Source: Sphagnum compactum
Taxonomy: Eukaryota
Direction: 5' to 3'
Length of the DNA: 64,000 nt
Assembly (NCBI GenBank): GCA_965153455.1
Contig: OZ234494.1
Coordinates: 124,001 to 188,000, forward strand
The notes below the pieces were generated by a model. It worked only from the letters and a program-made list of their open reading frames with translations, had not been told where the DNA came from and searched no databases. A program made the position numbers and the translations under genes. Shown here one piece after another: positions 12,101-22,870 of the stretch. Numbering within the stretch: position 1 is the stretch's first letter; each line of letters begins with the position of its first letter.

Positions 12101-13683
12101 GTGGACATCCGTCACAAGCCGGGAAAGGAGAACATAGTCCCCGATGCTTTGAGCCGGAAACACCAACTTAGAGTGGTGTATGTGGGAGAGTCTGAACTTC
12201 AAAAGGAAGTTAGATTAGCAAACCGCCGGGATGCTTTTGCCAAGGAGGTAAGGCAAAGCATCCAAAATGGAGCCAAGTCCCACTTCCACTTGAAAAATGG
12301 ATTGTTGTGGTACAAGCAAAACCGACTCTATGTGCCGGAGGGCAAAATTAGGGACACACTTTTGAAGGAATGTCACGATGGACCGCTTGCGGGCCATGGT
12401 GGTGCAAAGCGCACCACAACATTCCTAAAGAAGTCCTACTATTGGCCCAACTTGAAGGATGATGCGGAGGAGTACGTGAAGACTTGTTTAACTTGTCAAC
12501 AAAACCGGACCCTCAACAAAACCGGACCCTCAACAAGAAGCAAGCGGGTTTGTTGCAACCTTTGCCAATTCCCGAAGGGCCGTGGGAAAGTGTGTCAATG
12601 GACTTTATGGTAAGTTTGCCCCCTTCAAAGGGGTTCGATGCCATCATGGTTGTGGTGGATCGGTTTAGCAAAATGGCACACTTCATTCCCACAAAGGATG
12701 AAGCCACGGCTCAAGAGACGGGGAGGTTGTTCTTCTCCCACATTTTCAAGCATCACGGCCTTCCAAAAGACATAGTGTCGGATCGGGATCCAAAGTTCAC
12801 GAGTAAGTTTTGGAGGGCTTTGTGGAAGCGAATGGGGTCGGAACTCAAAATGAGCACTTCATTCCGCCCTCAAACCGATGGACAAACCGAGAGGGTGAAC
12901 TTGGTGATCCAATAATTCCTAAGGAATTATGTGGCGGCGGATCAACAAGATTGGGTGGATCATTTGGAGTTAGCCGAATTTTGTTACAATAACTCGGTAC
13001 ACTCCGCAACGGGATCCACCCCATTCCAAATGGTGACGGGCAAGTCACCAATTGTGCCCATGACTTGGGCCGCACAAGGACAACCTTCGATTGATGCAAG
13101 TGAGGAAGTGCCAATGGTCACACAACTTGATGAAGAAAGAAAGCGCTTGTGGGAGTTGGCAAAAGCCAACTTGGAAAAGGCGCACAAAAGGTACAAAGAT
13201 TTTGCGGACAAGTCCCGACGAGAGGTGAAGTTTCAAGAAGGAGACGAGGTGTGGTTGAACATAAAGAACTTCCGGTTGCCCGAAGGGTTAAGTCATAAGT
13301 TTATGGGCCCATATGCGGGTCCATTCAAAGTGTTGGAAAAGAAACTTTCCGACACTTATAAGTTAGAATTACCGGAAAATCTTAGAGTTCATCCCACATT
13401 TCATGTTTCCCTTTTGAAGCCGGTCTCCCGCGACGCCTCAAGGCCTAATAGAGAGCATCACTCAAGGCCTCCACCGGACTTGGTTCATAATGAACCCGAG
13501 TTTGAGGTAGAGGCCGTGCTCAAATCAAGGCAACTTAGAGGGCGAGAGCGGGAATACTTAGTTAAGTGGAAAGGCTACCATGCAATAGAGGCTTCTTGGG
13601 TGAATGAATCCGACATGGAACATGCCCAAGAAGCCATAGAAGAATTCCACACTAGATCGGCGAAGAAAAGACGTAGAACGTGA
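9185..13683 (+). pseudogene. Gag-Pol polyprotein with C-terminal chromodomain; one frameshift and one nonsense mutation
   Basis: Motifs: [14 protein letters not shown] (CCHC), [10 protein letters not shown] (protease), YIDD (RT), SDASD (RNase H), HDG..GH...C..C and SMDF (integrase), GPY/GPF, EFEVEAVL..EYLVKWKGY (chromo). A 17-bp tandem duplication at 12497-12530 shifts the frame; TAA at 12913-12915. Confidence 0.95.
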
Positions 13684-14449
13684 TGAGGACATCACCTTTC
13701 TTTTAGAGGGGGAGAATTTCATAAAATGTACCACATCAAGTTGCAAGTGAAATAAAAAGGGCTTTAAAACTTCCAAGAGATTGTATCATGAAAAATTTGT
13801 TAAGGCAAATAGGGTTGTGGCATGGACAAATAGAACTCTCTTGCGTAGGCCCAAATCAAAATCGGACTCCTACTGTGGGGTTGAGGAAACTTGGCCCCAA
13901 AAGAGGAGGCAAGCAAGGTGAGCTTGCGGGGACATGCACATGCCTTAAGTGCATCCCAAAGGGTTGGTTGGTAGTGTGGCCAACGCGGGAAGTCATGACC
14001 CCGCTCGCATACTTTAAGTGTAGTTTGGGACTTGGGTTTGGCAAACCTAAATATCCTTTCTCGTACCTTGATAAGCAAATCTTTTAGTTAAGACTTGGTT
14101 GTTGTGACCAAGGCGCGAGATAGGGAAAGGAGTCATGTCAAGTAGCTTAGGTCAAGAGTAGACTTGACTTAAGTCCTCATGAAGGGAAGGATGGAAAAAG
14201 GTTCCTCCCAAATGAGGGCTTCGTCAATTAGGCTAGTTTAGTCTTTTGACGAAGCAAAGAAAGAGGGTTCCCTACAAGACCCTCTTGGACTTGTCATGAA
14301 AGTGTTGGAAACTTGGGGACGCCTAAGTTAGCTTGAGACAAGGTCCGAGCCGCAAGAGTCGTCAAATGGCCAAGGATCCAAAAGAAAGCAATTGCAATTG
14401 TATGAAGGAAAATTCTAAGTGTCAATGAGGACATTGACCTCTTTCTTCT

Positions 14450-14461
14450 AGTGGGGGAGAG
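14450..14461 (+). promoter_or_regulatory. Polypurine tract
   Basis: AGTGGGGGAGAG immediately before the 3' LTR TG. Confidence 0.9.
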
Positions 14462-15281
14462 TGTCGCAACCCCACCTTGTCCAAGTGTGGGGGTGAAGCC
14501 CAACACTTGGAAAAGTTGGAGGTTTGGAGTCCTCCGGGACTCCTGAATGTTCAGAGCTCGACAGCAAGGCCCAAAACACCTCGCATTGGAGTGTTCTTGG
14601 TGTCATTGGAAAGGTCTTGAAACGTAGATATCGAAAATGGCCTCGCATTGACCATTTGGACATCTGCAGCCCAAGTTATGGGCAAAAGAAGGGCCGGGAG
14701 TCAAACTGGCAGTTTGACTCCCGACCACTAAAAGTCGGGAATCGACCCTTTTCCGACGTCGCCTCAGGGAGTGCGACATGGCGTTGAAAAGATCTCGACG
14801 AGGGCTACAACTTTGGTTCAGACCTCGTTGCGATTGGATTTCGGAATCGGGAGTTATGACCGTTCAAAGTCCCGAGAGTCCCGCCGGGACAATTTCGGGA
14901 CTCCATTTCGGGAGTCCCAACAAAATGTGCCATTTGGATGTAGCCTCCGTGGTGAGCCGCAGAGATAACTATAAGGGGGAAGGTGGTGGCTTCCCCCAAG
15001 TCCAGGCCGTGGTGAGTCAAGTAGTCCGAAGTGCCCGTGGCTTGTCCCAACACCCAAGGGTGTTCCCGAATGTGAACTAACCCATTTGTGGTTGGTTTTG
15101 GATGCAGATTTGTGCATGATCTACTAGTCCATCTTCCTAGTCTAATCCCGGGGCTTCCAATTCGACCCTCTACCCCTTTCTAGAGTTGGAAGTCGGGAGC
15201 GTGCCCTTGGGTCCCCACTTTCCGCAACTTCACATTGGTGAACCCTCAAGTGGGTTCACCCCGGGACCAAGGAGCGCGTCA
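14462..15281 (+). repeat. 3' LTR
   Basis: Direct repeat of 8322-9141. Confidence 0.95.
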
Positions 15282-17920
15282 TAGCACCACCGAAGTAAGC
15301 GGCCAGTGACGATAATCCGCGATCCCCAGATCGAGATTTGCGCGCTCGAGGAACGCCGTGGCCATCAAACGGGAAACATCTTCGTCGTCCATGGCGACAT
15401 CTCGTTCAATGGCCCAAAGGTCCATGTGTTGTCGGGCTGCGTCAATATTTCCGCGCAAACCCGTGTGAAGGATTGCACCGGCCTCACCAGCAACATATAT
15501 TCGATGAAGAGCGAATTGAGTTCCGGGGGTAGGAAACGGGGTATTAGTTTGACTGGCCGCCCTGTGTTGGCGCCCTTGTGGTATCTCTGGAAGGTCATGA
15601 TGGTGCCCGCGGACCAATAAAATGTCCTTTCGGAATGCTCTGTGTTGCGAAGGAGGTAGCTCCTGTACTCCTCGCCGCGAGGAGGACCGCCGGCGGTGAA
15701 ATGCATGAGCAAAAATAACAACGCGTGCATACGATCCGCCGCCTTGGCCCACATCGCCAAAGCATTCTGATTCCATGCGATGGATCGGTCGCCTTCTGTG
15801 CCTTTGACGAAAAGACCTCGGGTACGCCGATCGCTAAAAAGGTGGATGGCAAGATCTTGTCCGTGACGATGAAATTTGTTACGGGCATCTGACAAGAAAG
15901 AATACCCGACTTCGTCTTCGTTCGCCTTGTCCGCGACGTTACCCTCCGCTATCACCCGGCCGATCCAGGTTGTCTGGAGTCCTAGCAACAATTGGTTTCT
16001 CATCACCCGATTTGCCTCGCGGAGCAGTTTACCGACCAGGTTTAGTAAAGTGTCGATGGTGACGGCTTGACCATCGATCGTGCACGCCATGGGACCGATC
16101 CGAACGAGTCTTGGGATGCAGGGTTCGTCGCCCGACACCGCCCCCGCGAGGCGCATGGTCTCCCGCAGTCTACTGAACGGTGTGTCCTTGGCACTCTCAC
16201 GAACGCAAGCGAGCCACTCATCGGTTTCGCACCACGGGATGGGGGGGTGATCGGGCTGCCACATCGGACGCACCAGCTGCATGAGGATCGTGCATCTCCA
16301 CCAATACTGGAGAATGGCTATGGGACCCGACACGCGTCGAACGTGTTCGAAAGCAAGGTTGTTCGACGAAGGGTCCGACTTCAGGCTGTTCACGATCATG
16401 AACCTGATTATCGGACAACCGGTTTGGAGCCCATGTTGAACGACCGGACACGTTAGCGATCTGCAAATGTGGAGCAACATCGTGTGGATGGGAACGAGAT
16501 CTTCGTCATCCCCGTCCGCGTCTCGTCGACTTCGCATGTGAGAGATGAGATTCTCCAGCGCATCTCCGAGATCCAAATGCAAATCGCCCAGAACGTTGAC
16601 GAATGGCTCGTCATCCACTGGGGCGCTGTCCCTGGATTGGACCATCATAGTGAGCAGCTTGGTCATCAACGTACAATATCTGGTTATGGTGGATGGCACC
16701 CAAAGCTGTTTGAGCCCCACCGCGGCCAGGGGGGAATCTACCACTGAGACGACCAACCGCCTGAGATGGTATGGCACACGACCGATCATGGCCTGCGCAT
16801 TCTCCAAATACGCTCAAACCATCGAAGGCAAACGATCCAAATTGGATTCCCCGCCGATTGGGTTCGGAAGCACGCTCGCTCGCTTGATGCGGTCCAACGG
16901 CATACCTTCCGGAATGATGTGGTTGACGGCGAGCTCGTGCCAACGAGACACTCTCAGCCATGGACTCAATTCACGAATGGATGGATTTGGTGCCGCGTTC
17001 CGCACGGAACATTGGTGGGCCTGTAACGAAACGTGCACATGCTCCTTCAGATGGAGCCCTGCTGGATCGCCTTCGAGCTCCACATTTTGGTGGTCCACAC
17101 CAAAATACGCGGTGTACCCGACCTTTTTGAAAAGGCGCTGCACCTGACACGGTTGACCGTTGGCATGAACCGGTAAGAAGAAATGTTTGGCCCGACGATG
17201 ATTGCCCATAATCTTCTTGGTGGCGGAATAGTATGCACATCCTTCCGCCTCGCATCGATATCCTTTCACAACCTTTATCCCTGGGACCACCGGCAAAAGC
17301 TCCTGCCGTGGAGATGTGGTATACCTTTCCAGGCGAGGGTCTTGCAACTGGGTGAACTCGATCTCGTCGAACGACGATGCGAAATCCGTAACAGGTGGGA
17401 TCCCAGTCACGCGACGGAGGCTACCGTTGCAATGTCGTTTGGGAGCTCTCCAATTGTCGTGCCCCAATAAGTGGTTATGCACACGGCGAGCCTCGGGCTC
17501 GAGACAGACGTCGCAAACCCTGCACAACAGGAGACGAATGCCATCCGCAATGTTGAGAACCGCAAGGCCCACATCACGGAGCAATTCCGGTGTTTGTTCG
17601 ATGGGCGGCTGGATTAACATGCCCAGGGACATTGCCCTAATTTGCGCGTCGTTGTCGTCAAGATCTTGATTTAGGGCGGAATCGCTCTGTTCCGCATGTC
17701 GCACTTTGAAATGGCCCTGGAGCTTGTCACTGCGTTCAAATGTGCTCTTGCAGCCCTCCACGAGGCAAGGATATTTGCCGTCGATCGATCGATTGACAGT
17801 AATTCCACCGGTGGTGGTACGGATCTTACAAGCTGTTCGATGCACCGATCGGCGATGTCCATCGCGTTGATGAGAAGCGGCGAAACAAATGTCACACTCG
17901 GGGCATCGGAAGTCGGCCAT
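15282..17920 (-). pseudogene. 5' part of a fungal-type C2H2 / DUF3505 / YR-like RecQ (telomere-linked helicase family) gene, truncated by LTR
   Basis: Intronless GC-rich ORFs 16814-17920 and 15365-16807 are in frame and separated by one TGA. Motifs: two C2H2 fingers, LLLCRVC..H.H, GYRC..C..H..H, CQVQRLF..YFGV, SPWL..SRW, LMHFTAGGPPRGEE, RYHKG..IPRFLP..YMLLVRP, then a frameshift to LGIADYRH. Confidence 0.7.
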
Positions 17921-18089
17921 GAATATCGGTTGGTAATCGACAGATGTTTAGAGAAGGCATAAGAGTTGTGATCGACAATGTCTTAGGGCAAAACACGAAT
18001 GACTCGAGCCCAGTCAAACCAACCTGCAACCTGTAACCATAGGAAAATGCAGTTCTGATTTCAATGTACGCATTGATTTTCCCGAACAG

Positions 18090-19020
18090 AACATCTACAC
18101 AAGATCAAATTCCTGCACACACCGAAGACGTTTGGTCCGTGCACTTACCGTGTCTCAATGCCGGAATAAGGGTTCAGGCGTATATATGCATTCGAATTTG
18201 CAATGCCATCCAACCACCGTGCTCCGTGCGCCCCGTGGCCCCTTGCAAAGCATGGAAGTGTGCGAGTGGAAAGACGAAAACAACATTGATTCTATCCTCC
18301 AAATGCTCAAAGCTCTGTAAACCGATACATCCTAAACCGATGTCTGCATGCACACTGTGTTATTTTGGTGTTGGGTTGACAAACATCCGTTTTGCCGGCA
18401 CCAAGTGACTTCATTGAAACATGAAAAAATCACTGCAAAGATATCAGGTGCAATCGCACAAATTTTTCCTGCCATCTCATAATTCCATGTATGAAAAACA
18501 AGCTCAATCTTACAACCCTCTACACCATTCACACGAGAGCTCTCCGTTCCCGACGACTTTTTCACTGTGCTCCAAAGACACTGTGACAACGACCCCGAAT
18601 CAAGTTTTGAGAAGGAAACAAATGCGGATGATGGTGTATGGTTGATATTTTGATACCTATACATATTGCTCGTTGCGCTCACGCAGATGTTTGTGCAGGC
18701 ATCAGGGTTACAATTGAAAATTGAAGCTCCATATACCAATAACACCGGCTTTGTCGAATCCACCTCAATCAACCCTGCAGACACACGAAATCGAATTCTG
18801 GGTGTTGGTGATCTTACCCAACACCGACATCCCCTCAATAGGAAAGTGTTCAAATTCGTGCATACAGCCCTTAAGGTAGTTCTGCACATGTGCTTACTTG
18901 GATAAGTTCGCACATACACGGAGTTGGACTTGCGATGTGATCTGACGTCTGTGCTCCTTCTGCCTCCTCGCTCCTATAAAACAGTGAAGGGCGGGAGTTG
19001 ACGGATGAAAACAGCACAGG
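18090..19020 (+). pseudogene. Possible degenerate short-intron gene divergent from the DUF3505 gene, product unknown
   Basis: Short GT..CAG introns with CTCAC/CTGAC branch-like sites (about 18635-18698 and 18877-18984) flank open segments such as ASGLQLKIEAPYTNNTGFVESTSINPADTRNRILGVGDL. Stops occur elsewhere. Confidence 0.3.
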
Positions 19021-20810
19021 TTCCATGTGTACAACAGACTCGGAATGCACGCACTTCAAATGTTCGGGGCTGTGCAAACCAATATAGCGTGAACTAATGT
19101 TTGCACACTATGGTAATTGGGGATTGTGTGGACAAACATTCATTTCGCCCACACAGAGAACGTTTTTGAACCACCAGGAATTTCTACAGATTTATCAAGG
19201 CGGGTCATACAAGTTCTGTTGCGATCTCCCAGGGAGAACAAGTTAGAATTTGTAACACGCCGCGCGATTCACAAAAGAACTTTTTGTTCCTTAAGGTATG
19301 ATCCGCTGCACCGGAAAGCCACAACGACAACAAATGAAATTTTCGGAGGAAAACAAATGCAAATGCTGGTATGGGTCCCAGTTTTGACACCTGCGCTCGC
19401 TCCCCGCCCTCAATTAAGCTGGCATGTGTGCGAAGTGGAAAGTCTGTCATTTGTGCTATAATCCCCCCTGCGAGCATAACATGTGCAAAAAATGACAATC
19501 CAAAAGTTCGTGATTTGAAGGACGGGCGGACCTTGCGGACAAGATTATAAGATGTATCTTTGAAATTTACATGGAGCCCGATGTCAGGTTGCTCACCTTA
19601 GGAACAAGAGTTCGGTGATGTGAAGCGCTCCTGGTTGCACATTCAGAACAGCTCCTGGTTTCCAAATCACGAGATTTTGCGAGAGAAATTCCTGCTGCAC
19701 ACTAAAGAATCGGAAAAAATGAATCTCCAACCCCGTATGTTTATTCTGCGCCTCACTCCAATTTCATTATGTTTGGAAGAATTGATAAATGACATGATTA
19801 AATGTACTTGGCCTTCGTAGCACGTTGCGCAGCCTTTTATTTGCATCCATGCATATATATTATTTATCATCATAAATGAAATCTAATAAATTTTATGAAA
19901 AGGTAAATTACTTTGTGGTGGATTTGATACAATCTTGTATTCATTGATAACGCCCGGGAAACTCTTGAACGCAGTTTTAGGTGTTTAGGGTTGGCCTGTC
20001 CTGTGCACCATATATGAAGCATATTTTATAAATTTTTACATGTTCCTTCAGGTACGATCCCGTATAACGTTTCCCCGGGGGGCTATCACACATCATGTTT
20101 GGCTTATATCACGTCAAACCACACATTATAATCTTTTAAAAAAAACTTCTTTCGATGGCAAAATTTTAAAGTTCAAATTGGGGCTTAGGGTAGCACTCCA
20201 CCAAATTTTTAAATGGAAGCTCGCTCCGTGGCTCGGTAATCGACTTCCTCTTCCTATTTTTTCGCTATGCTCCACTATAGTATAACTTCACATGGTGTGG
20301 TTCGAATTATTTTATGTTTTTGTGTGCAACTTTAATAGTTACGTTTGCATTCTATTTAGCTTTTGACTACCCATCAAAATGTCGCCATTGACACAATTTT
20401 ATAGAACATTATATATAAAAATAACAAGAAACTTAAGGGCTTACAAGGGCCATTGGGAGAGGATGGAGGAGCATATGGAAATTGTGTTTTTGGGGGGTTG
20501 GGGGGGGGGTTGGGTTCATGTTAAAATTGTGGGCCATCACATAACATTTACGGACATGCATGATTCATGGCGAATTTATCTTTTGTATATTTGGAGGGAA
20601 ATAGATCCGATTCTTATTTTCATTGTTTAATAAATATTTAATTCGTCATCCATCCCAACAAACCTTTGTTATAATGAATGTTTATAGATCAAAAAGGATG
20701 TGTGATATATTAAACTTTGTGCAAGCGTGAAAACTCTAATGTAGTTTCCCAAAAATGTCATGGGGTATTTACCAATTAAAATTAACCGCGATTTGCCACG
20801 ATGACATACT

Positions 20811-20940
20811 TTAGATATGCCCTGCGGCCTTGTCATAATGTTCCTTTTCCCAAAACAACCCTAGTTATTATTTGGTTAGATATGCCCTGCGGCTTTGCCA
20901 TAATGTTCCTTTTCCCAAAACAACCCTAATTGTTATTTGG
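20811..20940 (+). repeat. 65-bp direct tandem duplication
   Basis: ttagatatgccctgcggc...cccaaaacaacccta..ttatttgg occurs twice. Confidence 0.9.
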
Positions 20941-20944
20941 TCGT

Positions 20945-22870
20945 CATAAAAAGCATTTCTTGATTTATTTTGTGATGCGGCTTGGGTTGTTCCAGACAAA
21001 TTCATATTAAATACCTCTTGTATGGTATAGATTTTTAATTTTACAAGCATATTTTCTCCCTTTTCTTCGAGTTATTTATTAATTTCCCCGGGAGAAAAGT
21101 TTGTCAACCCTAAACCCTGAAGCAAGATTTGTGGATGGGGCAGTGGTGGGTGTTGGGTCATTCAAGCCCGGGAAACAAAAAAAAAAACCCGGGAAATTTC
21201 ATAAGGCACGATTTTCTTTTCCCATTCAATCAAGCAATGAACATCCTCTGGAAGGCACGAGTCCTACAATACTCCTGCTAAAAAATGATGCAAATGATGA
21301 CGATCTTCAAACGAAATACCTCTTTACACAACATTAAATATTTATACCTGGTTAAATATATTCGTAAAACATAAATAGACAAAAAGAATCCCTAAGGGGT
21401 TCCCATGTATTTTTCAAAAATTTGAGGGGTCTCATAAAGCGGACTCTGGGCTCTCCGCGTTTACATTCGTTCGCTGAGGGAAAAAGTTCAACGATTTTAA
21501 CCGCTGGTAAAAAAAAAGACATCTTAACAAAATGAATGATTCGAGCGACGGAAAATCGAATAAGAAGAGGGCGAAAATGAGTGAGGCTTGACGAAAAATA
21601 ACAGAAGGCGACCATTCGCAAGTAGAAGAGGGAAGAGGGGGGGGCACGGCAGGGTAGGTTTAGGCTTTATATTTCTTTAGTTTCTTTTTCGGGCAACCAC
21701 GTGATTGGCCTACTCAGTATGTGTAGTTATGTACATACTACTGCCTACTTGCCAAAACCCTAAACCCTAAAACCTAGGATTTGTTTTATTGCCAATTTTG
21801 CACCTGAAATATATGGTTTCAAATTTCAACCTATTTGAAGGATTTTTCATGGAAAATAAATGGTCCCAAATTGGCCAAACTTTGTGGTAAAAAAAAGTTT
21901 ATAAAACACTGGCCAAACTTTTATGATAAGTTGTATTAGGTAGCCAATAATATTCCTTGCACAACATTAAATATTGATACCCTGTTAAACGTATTCACAA
22001 AGCATAAATAGACCCAAAAAAATCCTTGGGTGGTCCACATGTATATCTGAAACATTTGAGGGGTCCAATAAAGCGGACTTCAATAAACAATTCTTGATTC
22101 ATTTTGTGATACGGCTCAAGGTTCTCCATACAAATCCATATTATATACCTCTTTGATGGTAAAGGTTTTCAATTTGATAAGCATTGTTTTATCCATTTTC
22201 TGCGAGCTATTCTTTAATTTCCCCAGGAGAAAAGTTCGTCCACCCTGAATCCTAAAACGAGATTTGTGGCTGCTGCGCCGGTGGGTGTTGGGTCATTCAC
22301 GCCCAGGAAAATAAAAGGGGGGAAATTTTATACGGCACGAATTTTTTTTTCCTGTTTAATCAAGCAATGAACATCCTTGGTGGGCAGGAATCCTGCAATA
22401 CTCCTACTCTAAAAAGATGCAAATGATTACGATCCCAAAACAAAATATGTCCTTGCACAACATTAAATATTTATACCCTATTAAATATATTCACAAAACA
22501 TAAACAGACAAAAAAATAAAAATCCTTGGGTGGTCCACATGTATACCCGAAACATTTGAGGGGTCCAATAAAGCAGACTTTAAAAAATAATTCTTGATTA
22601 ATTTTGTGATACGGCTAAAGTTCTTCCATACAAATCCATATTATATACCTCTTTGATAATTATGTTTTATCCATTTTCTCCGACCCGTTCTTTAATTTCC
22701 CCAGGAGAAAAGTTTGTCCACCTTGAACCCTAAAACAAGATTTGTGGCTTGTGTGCCGGTGGGTGTTGGGTCATTCAAGCCCATGAAAAAAAAGGGGGGG
22801 AAATTTTATATGGCACAAATGTTTTTTCCTGTTTAACCAAGCAATGAACATCCTTGGTGGGCAGGAGTGA
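20945..22870 (+). repeat. Degenerate ~480-bp tandem repeat (about 3-4 copies, first one interrupted)
   Basis: aatttcccc(g/a)ggagaaaagtt..ggtgggtgttgggtcattca recurs at ~21081, 22216 and 22694. acaacattaaata recurs at ~21327, 21961 and 22456. Confidence 0.8.

Larger units (their letters stand above)
8322..15281 (+). mobile_element. Ty3/Gypsy chromovirus LTR retrotransposon (Tcn1-like), both LTRs present
   Basis: Two 820-bp TG...CA LTRs, an iMet PBS, a PPT, and gag-PR-RT-RH-INT-chromodomain order. Confidence 0.97.

Noticed and set aside
21755-21776. AAACCCT telomere-like motifs (also ~45656-45670) near a telomere-linked-helicase-like gene
   Set aside because: Only 2-3 units, typical of common interstitial telo-boxes. 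No evidence for a telomere.
20811-22870. Tandem repeats as a possible CRISPR-like array
   Set aside because: Long degenerate units without unique spacers, in a eukaryotic context with no cas genes.
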